A model generated the notes under the pieces. The model did not search any database and was not told where the DNA came from. It was given only the letters and a program-made list of their open reading frames with translations. A stretch of DNA of 64,000 nucleotides from Patescibacteria group bacterium (GTDB lineage Bacteria > Patescibacteriota > Minisyncoccia > UBA6257 > Colwellbacteraceae): NCBI GenBank assembly GCA_023380475.1, contig JAMCRD010000003.1, positions 28,397 through 92,396 on the forward strand, read 5' to 3'. Position numbers and translations under genes: made by a program. This document shows, piece after piece, positions 40,334 to 50,024 of the stretch. Position 1 is the stretch's first letter. Every line of letters begins with the position of its first letter.

Positions 40334-40335
40334 GC

Positions 40336-41451
40336 TTATTCATACTGGATGAAACTAGGTTGAGGTGAAAGTTTCAGGATTTCTTCCGGCGTCATTAAGG
40401 CACTGCCAGGCTGCAGTACATCATTCTTGTAGAAAAGCTTGAAACCAGTAAATTGAATAGGCTTAGTTGCTACCACACCATCGTAGGTTTTTATCTTCTG
40501 AGCTTGCGTACCAAAACCATCCATATCCATAACAATCTCTACCTGAGGCAATGGTTTAATCTTATCCCAGTTCGTAACCATCTGATTAGTGAATATGTGA
40601 ATAACCAGTATCTTCGGCGGCAAATTATTTTCTTTAACAATCTGCGCTAGATATTGTGCAGCATAATTAATATCTGCAGCATCCATAGTGCCTATCCTTG
40701 TACCTGGATAACCACCATCACGCATAGAGAATTCTGGATCGAGTGCTAGCTCGACTTGAGATAGCTTCAAATATTTTGCAAGTAACGGTAATTCGGTTTC
40801 GACAGCACTTAAACCAATTTGTACGTCCAAGACAACAAGCCCATTGACACTTTCAGCCAAACTTATAGCTTTATCAATCTGGCTCGACGGCATTCGTAGG
40901 CTATACAACCCATCCGACCCAGGGGTATTCTGCGCAGCGACAGCAATATAGTCTATAGCTGGTATAACTGGCGTTGAGGTATCCACCGCTTGCCACTCAT
41001 CGACCGCATTTTTAAGCATGCTAATCATCTGACCGGGGGGATATTCGCCCAATACTCCCATCTGCTTAGAATAGAAATTACCGTAATAAGCAACGATCCT
41101 GCTAAACGGTAAAATGGCACCTCCCAACGGGTATACCGTTTTGACTGGCCAAGAACTCGGCGTCGAGGTTGCTACAAGCTCTGTAGATGTAGTAGAGGAT
41201 ACAGTAGATGAAGCGATCGCAATCCTAACATAGTGAATTGGGATATTAGCTAACTCTTCCAATTTTGCATTATAGGCAGCTATATCTAAAGGTGGATAGG
41301 TAAATGGAATCGAAGTGGCTTGTTTGGGAACATCTTTGCCGTCGCTTAATACAAACATTGGTTGATAGTAGATAAACGTTGCAGCCACGGCTACAAACAA
41401 CAAAATTCCAAAAACAATAAAGGCTTGCCTTACCCTACTTTTACTCTTCAC
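40336..41451 (-). CDS. Membrane-anchored exported protein, possible glycoside-hydrolase-like TIM-barrel fold
   Basis: 371 aa with an N-terminal TM anchor. The alternating beta/alpha pattern (VVLDVQIG, ELALDPEF, VIHIFT, MDMDGFG) is only suggestive. Confidence 0.4.
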   Translation of the reverse strand: MKSKSRVRQAFIVFGILLFVAVAATFIYYQPMFVLSDGKDVPKQATSIPFTYPPLDIAAYNAKLEELANIPIHYVRIAIASSTVSSTTSTELVATSTPSSWPVKTVYPLGGAILPFSRIVAYYGNFYSKQMGVLGEYPPGQMISMLKNAVDEWQAVDTSTPVIPAIDYIAVAAQNTPGSDGLYSLRMPSSQIDKAISLAESVNGLVVLDVQIGLSAVETELPLLAKYLKLSQVELALDPEFSMRDGGYPGTRIGTMDAADINYAAQYLAQIVKENNLPPKILVIHIFTNQMVTNWDKIKPLPQVEIVMDMDGFGTQAQKIKTYDGVVATKPIQFTGFKLFYKNDVLQPGSALMTPEEILKLSPQPSFIQYE

Positions 41452-41509
41452 CTTATTTTCCGAATTATTCTGATCCAGGGGTCTTTAATTTACACAATAA
41501 TTGACCTTG

Positions 41510-41581
41510 CTGCGGGGCTAGGAGTCGAACCTAGAATTCCTGCTCCAAAGGCAGGCGTGTTACCAATTGCACCACCCCGCA
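41510..41581 (-). tRNA. tRNA-Gln (anticodon UUG)
   Basis: Hand-folded cloverleaf. Acceptor TGCGGGG/CCCCGCA has the U1-A72 pair and G73 typical of tRNA-Gln. Anticodon stem CCTGC/GCAGG, loop CTTTGGA. T-arm CTAGG-TTCGACT-CCTAG. No encoded CCA. Confidence 0.88.
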
Positions 41582-41812
41582 ATAACTTAGACTAAACTCT
41601 AACTTAACTTAAAATAATTTGCCACTCCATCGACCCATCCTGCTATCCTTCTGTTTAGGGCGGAACTCGCTTTTACTCTAATTCTCAATAATCCAAAGTA
41701 CGATTTGCCTACATTTTCCCAGTTGTTCGGAAACCAATCTTTATTAAGGTCTCATCCTACTATTGGACGTCTAGACGCCCCAAATATAAAACTGGAGTCG
41801 GGTAGCCACAGA

Positions 41813-42922
41813 CTACTTTTTTAGATTCTCTATTATAGCGATCTCCAAGGGTACAACAGCAAATGGGCTGTAACGCATTTCGCTATACGCTCGGATAAGT
41901 GATTTTATAATCGCGATCAACTTCACATCGTCCTTGATCATAGCTCCATGTTTCTTAATCAAAGATATTTCCTCACCAGTCAACTCGCGCTTGAAGACGT
42001 CCTCAAGATCTGGATCGAACCTGAGCGAGAGAACTCTTCTAAAATAGTGAATCAGGTCGCGAGTAAGCTGGACCAAGTTAAAACCTGCTTCATTGATATC
42101 GGCCAGATAACTCAAGGCGGCTTGCAAATCGCCTGCCAGTATGTAGCCCGCCAGTCCCGAGGTGCGGGTGAGACCTACCTTACCCAACAGTCTCTCGACA
42201 TTCTCCAGCGTCGTCCCGCTCCCCATGGACACAACTTGTTCCAACAGAGATTCGGCGTCCCGGAAACTGCCGTCGGCCGCCGTGGCGATAAGTTCCAGAG
42301 CAGCGCTGTCGATATCAAATTTTTCTTCAAGAACTATCTTGTTCAGTTTTTGCAATATTTCCTGAGTTGGCACGCGGCGGAAATGGAAACGCTGGGTACG
42401 CGAGGTTATGGTTGGCGGGAGTTTATCCACCTCAGTCGTAGCCAAAATGAAGATGGCGTGGGCGGGCGGCTCTTCCAAAGTTTTCAAAAGAGCATTCGCT
42501 GCCTCCTTAGTAAGCTGGTGGGCTTCGTCGATTATAAACACCTTATAGCGATTGGAAGTAGGGGAAAGTTTTATGCCTTCCTTCAAGCTTCTTATCTCAT
42601 CGATTCCTCGGTTAGAGGCGGCATCGATCTCGATCACGTCCAAGGCATGCCCTTCGTCTATCTCTCGGCAAGCGCGGCATTTATTACACGGTTCGCCGGT
42701 CGCCCTGAACTTCGGGTCGCTGGCCCGGGTCTCACAGTTAGCTATCTTGGCAATCAATCTTGCCGCCGTCGTCTTGCCGGTACCCCTCGGGCCATAAAAA
42801 AGGTAAGCATGACTCAACTTGTCCTCGCGGGCTGCATTCTTTATGACCTCAACTACCAGGTTCTGTCCAATCAATTCGGACAGGAGTTTGGGCCGGTATT
42901 TCCTGTATATCGCCAGAGCCAT
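41813..42922 (-). CDS. dnaX: DNA polymerase III gamma/tau subunit, short (clamp-loader core only)
   Basis: MALAIYRKYRPKLLSELIGQ, Walker A GPRGTGKTT, zinc module CNKCRACREI, Walker B IIDEAH, and SRTQRF. The ATG at 42922 lies 7 nt after a TATAAT. Confidence 0.9.
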   Translation of the reverse strand: MALAIYRKYRPKLLSELIGQNLVVEVIKNAAREDKLSHAYLFYGPRGTGKTTAARLIAKIANCETRASDPKFRATGEPCNKCRACREIDEGHALDVIEIDAASNRGIDEIRSLKEGIKLSPTSNRYKVFIIDEAHQLTKEAANALLKTLEEPPAHAIFILATTEVDKLPPTITSRTQRFHFRRVPTQEILQKLNKIVLEEKFDIDSAALELIATAADGSFRDAESLLEQVVSMGSGTTLENVERLLGKVGLTRTSGLAGYILAGDLQAALSYLADINEAGFNLVQLTRDLIHYFRRVLSLRFDPDLEDVFKRELTGEEISLIKKHGAMIKDDVKLIAIIKSLIRAYSEMRYSPFAVVPLEIAIIENLKK

Positions 42923-43020
42923 CGCTTTAATTATATGTGGAAACGACATAAAATGAAGCGTCAAAACATAAACCCTGAGTTACCCCGATAAACAGAAGGG
43001 GAATTGCCCGCCCGCACATC

Positions 43021-43737
43021 ATGAGTGACTACGAACTGAAGCTTCCCGAGTTCCAAGGCCCGATAGACAAGCTGCTTGAGCTGATTGAGGCCAAGCAGCT
43101 TGAGATAAACCGAGTCAGCTTAGCTGAAGTTACAGCTGACTTCATCCAGTACCTGGAAACCATCAAGAACGTTTCAGCTTCGACTTTGGCCGATTTTATC
43201 TCTGTAGCTGCAAAACTGATTCTTATAAAGTCACACACCCTTCTGCCATCTTTGCCAGTAACAGCTGAAGAAGAATCGGAGATGGCCGAGTTGGAGCATC
43301 GGCTGGCTATATACCGTGAACTAAGGAACGCTGAAAGAAACATCCATAAGATTTGGGGTAAGAACGTTGCTCTAAACAGAGAGTTTTTGGCCAACGTGCC
43401 TGAAGGGTTTTACCTAAGCCAGCCTCTCCAGCCCAATGAGCTGTTAGCGGTAATGAATAAGCTGAACCAGGAAGTGACGACTTTCCTGCCGCAGGAAGCC
43501 TCCGAAAAAGTCAAAATTGTAAGTCTGGAAGAAACTATCCGTGGATTGGCTGCAACGATAAACAAGGTTATGTCGACCAGCTTCGACAGATTGACCAAAG
43601 GTAAAGATAAAAAAGAGATAGTGGTTCTTTTCCTAGCTTTGCTGCATTTACTCAAAGACAATATAATCCAAGTGGATCAACCAGGAATATTCGAGAGTAT
43701 AAATATAGTTTTCCAAAACAATGCCAAGCAATCTTAA
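43021..43737 (+). CDS. scpA: Segregation and condensation protein A
   Basis: LPEFQGPIDKLLELIEAKQLEINRVSLAEVTADFIQYL is the ScpA N-terminal signature. Confidence 0.88.
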   Translation: MSDYELKLPEFQGPIDKLLELIEAKQLEINRVSLAEVTADFIQYLETIKNVSASTLADFISVAAKLILIKSHTLLPSLPVTAEEESEMAELEHRLAIYRELRNAERNIHKIWGKNVALNREFLANVPEGFYLSQPLQPNELLAVMNKLNQEVTTFLPQEASEKVKIVSLEETIRGLAATINKVMSTSFDRLTKGKDKKEIVVLFLALLHLLKDNIIQVDQPGIFESINIVFQNNAKQS

Positions 43738-44278
43738 AGCAGCTATCGAGGCTCTTCTCTTCGTATACGGCGAGCCGGTCAAAATAAAGAAACTCGCTCA
43801 GATAAACCAGACTGACGAAGAAACCGTAAACAAAGCCTTGGAAGAAATAAAATCGTCTCTCCAAGCCCAAGAGGGAGGACTAAGTCTGATGGTTTATGAC
43901 GGCGAAGCGGTTCTAACCACCAAGCCGGAACTAGCCAGTCTACTGCAAAATGTGATCAAGGAGGAAATGGATTCAGAGCTGACTCCGGCAAGCCTCGAGA
44001 CCCTAACCATCGCATCTTACTTAGGGCCGTGCAGCCGAGCCGAAATAGACTATGTCCGTGGCGTAAACTCTGCCATCATCTTAAGAAGCTTAAGCGTGCG
44101 GGGACTGGTTACCCGTAAGCCGGATCCTGAAAGAAGCAATAGCTACCTCTATCAAGTGACGGGGGATTTCTTACGCCATATCGGTCTAGGCTCACCAGAA
44201 GATTTGCCCGAATACAGCAAGTACCACGAACTTATCAAAAAACTTCGGGAAATAAATGAGGCTCCCGAAAATAAGTAA
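43721..44278 (+). CDS. scpB: Segregation and condensation protein B
   Basis: AAIEALLFVYGEPV and a tandem winged helix (SRAEIDYVRGVNS..LRSLSVRGLV). Overlaps scpA. Confidence 0.88.
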   Translation: MPSNLKAAIEALLFVYGEPVKIKKLAQINQTDEETVNKALEEIKSSLQAQEGGLSLMVYDGEAVLTTKPELASLLQNVIKEEMDSELTPASLETLTIASYLGPCSRAEIDYVRGVNSAIILRSLSVRGLVTRKPDPERSNSYLYQVTGDFLRHIGLGSPEDLPEYSKYHELIKKLREINEAPENK

Positions 44279-45188
44279 GAGCAGACTGTCGCTCGCCATC
44301 ACTGGGCTGGCAGTGCTAGCTATAGCCGCTGGCTTAGTTATCTCAAGAGAACAATATATTTTCAGCTATCCATCAAATCGTCTGACAACGACCTCTTCAG
44401 AACCAACCAGTGCTTACAGCGACACGGCAACGGCGCTAAAGTCCGTTTCTTCGATCTACCAGTATACCTCGAGCACCGATGCAGCCACGGCGGCTGTCTA
44501 TTCGCTCCAAGACGGTACTGAAATCCTAGGATGGAATGATGGCAAGCAGTGGCCTATAGCTTCCCTGACCAAATTGATGACAGCCTTGGTGACCAGCCGC
44601 CTGCTGCCATCCGATCAGCTGGTAACTGTAAGTTCAACCGACGAACAGTACCTCACCGCAGCCCAAGCTGCACCAACTTTCAAGGTAGGGGATACGCTCA
44701 CTGTCCGAGATCTCATTACCTCAATGATGATTGTTTCTTCAGACGATGCTGCCGAAGCTCTGGCAGATTACTACGGTCGCGATAAATTTCTGCAGGTCAT
44801 GAATGATACTGCAAAGAGTCTCAACATGGACGATACGAGATTCGTGAGTCCTTCTGGCCTCTCACCCCAAAACTTATCAACAACCTCCGACTTGTTCCAG
44901 TTGGTAAAATTCATATGGTCCACTGACCCGAACCTCCTCGCTCTAACCCGCCAAAAACAAGCTAGGGTCACGGTATACGAGGGAGGTGCGGCTACTTTCA
45001 GATATCTCACCAATATCGACCAGTTCGCTGGAGCAGCGAACTTCCTTGGCGGTAAAACAGGAACCTTGCCAGTCAGCGCTCAAAACATCATCTCCATTTT
45101 TGAGAGCGGCGGCGCGGCGAAAGTTATAATTGTTCTTGGATCCACCAATCGCTACGCCGAAGCCACTAAACTACTAACTACACTATGA
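44256..45188 (+). CDS. D-alanyl-D-alanine carboxypeptidase (S11 PBP5-like)
   Basis: SxxK (IASLTKLMT), an SxN-like motif (VSSDDAAEAL) and KTG (GGKTGT). N-terminal TM anchor. Confidence 0.8.
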   Translation: MRLPKISKSRLSLAITGLAVLAIAAGLVISREQYIFSYPSNRLTTTSSEPTSAYSDTATALKSVSSIYQYTSSTDAATAAVYSLQDGTEILGWNDGKQWPIASLTKLMTALVTSRLLPSDQLVTVSSTDEQYLTAAQAAPTFKVGDTLTVRDLITSMMIVSSDDAAEALADYYGRDKFLQVMNDTAKSLNMDDTRFVSPSGLSPQNLSTTSDLFQLVKFIWSTDPNLLALTRQKQARVTVYEGGAATFRYLTNIDQFAGAANFLGGKTGTLPVSAQNIISIFESGGAAKVIIVLGSTNRYAEATKLLTTL

Positions 45189-46234
45189 TAACTACTGTCC
45201 TCCAAGCCATAAGAGTTTTCACTTTTGCAATCGTAGCTTTTTTGCTGGCCTTGTCATTGACGCCAACTCTTTTGGACTTTCTCAAGCGGATAAACGCTCG
45301 GAAACAGATACGCTCCAGCGAGGCCGCCCCGATATATTCCCGACTTCACGCCAACAAGGCTGGCACCCCCACTATGGGTGGCGTCATCATCTGGGGCACA
45401 GTCATCGTCTTGGCCTTGGTATTCGCCATACTTAACCTATTGTTCAACGGTTTCTTTAAATATCTTAACTTTATAGACCGTGCTCAGACCTATCTGCCGC
45501 TAGCCGCACTGCTAATCGCAGCCATTCTAGGATTAGCCGATGACATCGTAGGCATATTGAAAATCGGCCCGAAGGGCGGCGGGCTGACGGTGCAATACAA
45601 ATTACTGGTCTACTTTGTCTTGTCGGCCATCGGTGCTTGGTGGTTCTACTACCGTCTCGGCTGGAACACGCTTTACATTCCATTCGTCGGCAATGTTGCT
45701 ATCGGCCTCTGGTACATACCGATATTCATATTTGTCGTCGTCGCCACCGCTTTCTCGGCTAACGAAACCGATGGTCTAGATGGCCTGCTAGGCGGTGTTT
45801 CTTTGTTCGCCTTCGGGGCATTGACCACTGTAGCTTTTGTGCTGGGGCGTTATGACCTCGCAGTGATGGGTGGAACAATGGGTGGAGCACTGTTGGCTTT
45901 CCTTTGGTTCAACATCCACCCTGCCAAATTATTCATGGGTGACACGGGCAGCATGGCTATCGGCATAACCTTGGGCATCATGGCCTTGCTCACCAACACA
46001 GCACTGTTCCTGCCCTTGTTTGCTTTCATAATGGTCATTGAATCACTGTCGGTAATCATTCAGCTGATCAGCAAGAGGCTTTTTAAGCATAAAATATTCC
46101 TCTCTACGCCAATTCATCACCATTTCGAGGCTCTGGGCTGGCCGGAATACCAGGTTACCATGCGTTTCTGGATAATATCAGTCGTGTTTGCCGGGTTGGG
46201 CCTAATCGTTTTCTTCCTGGCTAGGATCCTGTAA
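45185..46234 (+). CDS. mraY: Phospho-N-acetylmuramoyl-pentapeptide transferase
   Basis: 10-TM protein with KAGTPTMGG, NETDGLDGL, MGDTGS and PIHHHFE motifs. Confidence 0.93.
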   Translation: MITTVLQAIRVFTFAIVAFLLALSLTPTLLDFLKRINARKQIRSSEAAPIYSRLHANKAGTPTMGGVIIWGTVIVLALVFAILNLLFNGFFKYLNFIDRAQTYLPLAALLIAAILGLADDIVGILKIGPKGGGLTVQYKLLVYFVLSAIGAWWFYYRLGWNTLYIPFVGNVAIGLWYIPIFIFVVVATAFSANETDGLDGLLGGVSLFAFGALTTVAFVLGRYDLAVMGGTMGGALLAFLWFNIHPAKLFMGDTGSMAIGITLGIMALLTNTALFLPLFAFIMVIESLSVIIQLISKRLFKHKIFLSTPIHHHFEALGWPEYQVTMRFWIISVVFAGLGLIVFFLARIL

Positions 46235-46292
46235 GGATTCCGGAAACAATAAACGTCTCTCGGGCTAATAGAGAGGTGCTATAATTCAGAGA

Positions 46293-47777
46293 ATGAGCCT
46301 GCTTATAAAAGGCGTCCAAGTGGTGGACGGTGAAGGGAAGCCACCATATTTGGCTGATGTTCTCGTCCAAAAGAATGTGATTGGCGCCATTGGCAACTTT
46401 AAAAACAAACAGACCGATGAAGTCATAGACGGCCTAGGCAACTATCTCATGCCTGGTTTCATAGATGTCGACACCGATTCCGACCACTACCTGGATATAT
46501 TCACTCATCCATCCCAGACCGATTTTACATCTCAAGGAGTAACTACCATTATTGGCGGCCACTGCGGTTCATCGCTGGCACCGCTGCTCTACGGCACGCT
46601 CGAGGGATTGGACAAATGGGCTGACCCATCGACTATCAACGTGAATTGGCACACCATGGCTGAATTCCTATCATCTTTGGACAAACTCAAGCTAGGGGTT
46701 AATTTTGGATCCCTGGTCGGATACTCAACCGTACGTCGAGCTTTAACCGGAGATAACGAACGCGCCCTGACTCACAGCGAGTTGGCCATCTTTAAAGAAG
46801 TTGTCAGTCGGGCTTTACGGGAAGGAGCCTTCGGTCTGTCGACCGGCCTAGGTTACGTCCACGGCCGCACGGCCAAACCGGAGGAGATAAAAGAGCTGGT
46901 CAGCATCCTTAAAAACTTTGACGCTGTGTATGCCACCCATCTGAGAAATCAAACCGATCGTCTTCTGGCCTCAGTTAGAGAAACAATTGACGTTGCTTCA
47001 GCCACCGGCGTCCAGACTCTGATAAGCCACCTCCGCCCCCTGAAAGGGTATGAAGATCAATATATCAAGGCTCTCGAATTGATCGAGCACAGTGCCGCCC
47101 AAGCCAGCATTTTCTTCGATGTCTATCCCCACGACACGAGCATCTACTCGCTGTACTCGCTCCTACCACGCGAAGCCCAGAAGAGGAGCGCCGAAGCAAC
47201 GTTGGAGCACATAGCCAAACCCAAGAACCTCAAGACGATAGAAAAAAATCTGGCCGAACTTGATCCGGATAATATGCAGATTGCCAGCGCCCCTAAATAT
47301 GATCATTTAGTAGGCAAAACTATCCGCAACGTCGCCGAAGACAAAGGCATCACCCCTGCCAAAGCTCTACTGGAACTGATGAGGCTTACCTCACTAAAAG
47401 CCACTGTCTTCTATAAAGACGTTAACCTGGACTTACTAACTCAAGCCATGGTCAGCGACCGTTGTTTCATAGCCTCCAACGGCCACTCGCCGCTCCCTGG
47501 AAAATTTATGAAGCACGAGCGTTCGACCAATACCTTCCCTAAATTCCTGGAGATGGCAAGCAAGCTCAACCTGATGCCGATAGAAAAAGCTGTAAAAAAG
47601 ATAACCTCCTTGCCGGCCAAATATTTCGATCTCAACGACAGGGGAGCGATCAAAGAAGGCAAAATCGCCGACCTGGCCCTGGTCGGCAAGGATGATCTCA
47701 AAGTGAAAGAAGTCGTCGTTGGCGGGGAACGCCGAGGTGCAATCCTTCGCCACCAAAATCACAAAGGCAAGAAGTGA
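46293..47777 (+). CDS. Amidohydrolase-fold protein of the N-acyl-D-amino-acid deacylase family, with divergent metal-site residues
   Basis: Family-like layout (GGHCGSS, ATHLRN, ISHLRP). The usual GFID.H.H is GFIDVDTDSD, and the late catalytic Asp region reads IASNGH. Confidence 0.7.
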   Translation: MSLLIKGVQVVDGEGKPPYLADVLVQKNVIGAIGNFKNKQTDEVIDGLGNYLMPGFIDVDTDSDHYLDIFTHPSQTDFTSQGVTTIIGGHCGSSLAPLLYGTLEGLDKWADPSTINVNWHTMAEFLSSLDKLKLGVNFGSLVGYSTVRRALTGDNERALTHSELAIFKEVVSRALREGAFGLSTGLGYVHGRTAKPEEIKELVSILKNFDAVYATHLRNQTDRLLASVRETIDVASATGVQTLISHLRPLKGYEDQYIKALELIEHSAAQASIFFDVYPHDTSIYSLYSLLPREAQKRSAEATLEHIAKPKNLKTIEKNLAELDPDNMQIASAPKYDHLVGKTIRNVAEDKGITPAKALLELMRLTSLKATVFYKDVNLDLLTQAMVSDRCFIASNGHSPLPGKFMKHERSTNTFPKFLEMASKLNLMPIEKAVKKITSLPAKYFDLNDRGAIKEGKIADLALVGKDDLKVKEVVVGGERRGAILRHQNHKGKK

Positions 47778-48877
47778 TGCGCCAGAGAGGTCATGCCGAC
47801 TACATAATCCTCGTAACGTTTATCATTCTGGTAGCTTTCGGCTTCATGATGCTGGCCTCAGCCTCATCAGACTTAGGGAAGACCAACTTCAACAACCCTT
47901 ATTACTATATTGAACACCAGATAATGTACGGTTTTAGTTTAGGCGTCGTCGGCTTCTTAATCGGATTGCTGGTGCCGTATAAGTTCTACAAGAGATACGC
48001 TCTACTTTTCTTGATAGCCACAATAGCACTACTGGTGATAGTCTTCGTGCCTCATATCGGTGTATCCAGCGGCGGAGCTCAACGCTGGATAAATGTTGGC
48101 CCGTTAACCGTACAACCTGGAGAAGTTACTAAACTGCTTTTTATAATGTATCTGGCTGCGTGGCTGTCGTCGGCGCGCAAAGACAGACGCACTCGAACAG
48201 TAACCGAAGGGCTTATACCTTTTTGGGTCACAACCGGCTTGGTAGCCGTGTTGCTCCTTTTGGAGCATTCCACCAGTTCAGTTTTTATCGTCCTTGCCGG
48301 GGCTTTAACTGTTTACTTCGCAGCCGGTGCCAAGAAATTTTTCTTGTTAGCCACCTTCGTCCTGGGAGGGCTGTTGGTCGGCGCTTTTATCCTTATCACC
48401 CCTTACAGACTGGCTCGCATTGATGCCTACCTCAATCCTTCGGCCCAGAACGTATACGGCTCAGGCTACCAGATTAACCAATCGCTTCTGACCATTGGTT
48501 CCGGCAGTTTGTTTGGGGTAGGTTACGGCAATTCCGTTTCTAAAAGGTATCTACCAGCTAGGCTGGATGACGCCATTTTTGCCATCATCGCCGAGGAGTT
48601 CGGCTTTATAGGTTCTGTGGCCGTGGTTGCTCTTTTCTTTACCTTAGTCGGTCGGGGATTGATCCTAGCCAAGAAAATGTCTGATCCCATGGGTAAGTCA
48701 ATACTGGTCGGCTTCTCAACGATAATCGGCGTCCAGGTTTTCCTGCATATAGGTTCGGTATCCCAGCTGATCCCGCTGACCGGTGTGCCACTGCCTTTCA
48801 TAAGTTACGGTGGTACGGCTTTAGCTGTATTTATGACCATGGTGGGCATAATGTTAAACATAAGCAAGTATGTCTAA
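47774..48877 (+). CDS. ftsW: SEDS-family peptidoglycan polymerase FtsW
   Basis: FtsW/RodA/SpoVE motifs (QPGEVTKL, SGYQINQSL, LPLTGVPLPFISYGGT). Lies between mraY and murG. Confidence 0.88.
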   Translation: MMRQRGHADYIILVTFIILVAFGFMMLASASSDLGKTNFNNPYYYIEHQIMYGFSLGVVGFLIGLLVPYKFYKRYALLFLIATIALLVIVFVPHIGVSSGGAQRWINVGPLTVQPGEVTKLLFIMYLAAWLSSARKDRRTRTVTEGLIPFWVTTGLVAVLLLLEHSTSSVFIVLAGALTVYFAAGAKKFFLLATFVLGGLLVGAFILITPYRLARIDAYLNPSAQNVYGSGYQINQSLLTIGSGSLFGVGYGNSVSKRYLPARLDDAIFAIIAEEFGFIGSVAVVALFFTLVGRGLILAKKMSDPMGKSILVGFSTIIGVQVFLHIGSVSQLIPLTGVPLPFISYGGTALAVFMTMVGIMLNISKYV

Positions 48878-50024
48878 GTTGAGAGTATTGATGACTGGCG
48901 GCGGGACAGGCGGGCATATTTATCCGCTGGTCTCGGTTGCGGCTGAGCTTCAAGTATTGGCCGCCGAGAAGAAAATCAGCTTGGATATCCATTACCTCGG
49001 TGCCTTCGGACCGTTCCAAGAACTGCTCGAGCTAAACGGCTTGAAAGTAGGCCGCATCGCCGATAGCAGACTGAGACGTTATTTTTCGATGCGCAATTTC
49101 ATAGACGTTCCGAAATTTGGCTACAGCTTATTGCAAGCTGCCTTCAAGATGTTTTGGTTCATGCCAGATGTAGTTTTCTCGAAAGGCGGACCCGGAGCGC
49201 TGGCAGTTGTCTTGATTGCTCGCTTCTACCGGATACCGGTAATAATCCATGAGTCCGATTCTGTGCCAGGACTTACTAACCTTATCTCCGGTAAGTATGC
49301 CAATGTAATCGCGACTTCTTTCGAGTCCGCTTCGGTCTATTTCCCAAGCGATAAAATAGTGCTGACCGGCAACCCCATCCGCCGCTATATGCTGGAAGAT
49401 TTTAAAAAGGAATCGGTTAGCCGTAACAAGGGATTCCTCGGCTTCGATCCTTCTTTGCCTCTCATAACCGTGATGGGTGGTTCGCAAGGAGCTGCGGCTC
49501 TAAACGACTTCGTCATCGGACATCTGCGGGAGATATTGAATATAACGCAGGTTTTGCACCAAACAGGAACGGCCAACTACGACGATGTTGTGTCTAAACT
49601 TGAATCAGCCTCGGCGGGAATCGATAACGATCTGCTCAAACGCTACCGTCCCGTCGCTTATCTCAAAAATGATCTACGAGCTGCCTTTATCGCTTCTGAT
49701 TTGGTAGTCAGCCGCGCCAGCGGCGGCGGCATATTTGAACTGGCCGCTTTTGGAAAACCATCTATCCTCATACCACTGCCGTCGGACGTGGCCGCCGGAG
49801 ACCACCAGACCAAGAACGCTGCCGATTACTGCCAGACCGGTGCGGCTGTGATGGTGAAGCAGGACGAAATGCCCAGCCGTCTACTCAAAGAGGTTCAAAG
49901 ACTGCTAGCATCGCCGGCGGAATTAAATCAAATGAGTCAGGCAGCCACACGTTTTTCTAAGCCTGAGGCCGCTTTAAATATAGCCGAAACCGTCCTAAAA
50001 TTAGGAGGTTATGGTGAGAGTTAG
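48870..50024 (+). CDS. murG: UDP-GlcNAc:lipid I N-acetylglucosaminyltransferase MurG
   Basis: N-terminus TGGGTGGHIYP, IHESDSVPG and C-terminal SRASGGGIFELAA. Confidence 0.9.
   Translation: MSKLRVLMTGGGTGGHIYPLVSVAAELQVLAAEKKISLDIHYLGAFGPFQELLELNGLKVGRIADSRLRRYFSMRNFIDVPKFGYSLLQAAFKMFWFMPDVVFSKGGPGALAVVLIARFYRIPVIIHESDSVPGLTNLISGKYANVIATSFESASVYFPSDKIVLTGNPIRRYMLEDFKKESVSRNKGFLGFDPSLPLITVMGGSQGAAALNDFVIGHLREILNITQVLHQTGTANYDDVVSKLESASAGIDNDLLKRYRPVAYLKNDLRAAFIASDLVVSRASGGGIFELAAFGKPSILIPLPSDVAAGDHQTKNAADYCQTGAAVMVKQDEMPSRLLKEVQRLLASPAELNQMSQAATRFSKPEAALNIAETVLKLGGYGES

Noticed and set aside
41362-41595. 77-aa plus-strand ORF
   Set aside because: It runs antisense through tRNA-Gln and the end of the upstream gene. 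There is no coding evidence.
41948-42991. 347-aa plus-strand ORF, the longest unexplained ORF in the track
   Set aside because: It lies exactly antisense to dnaX, whose product has unmistakable clamp-loader motifs. The antisense translation is low-complexity with no motifs, so it is a shadow ORF.
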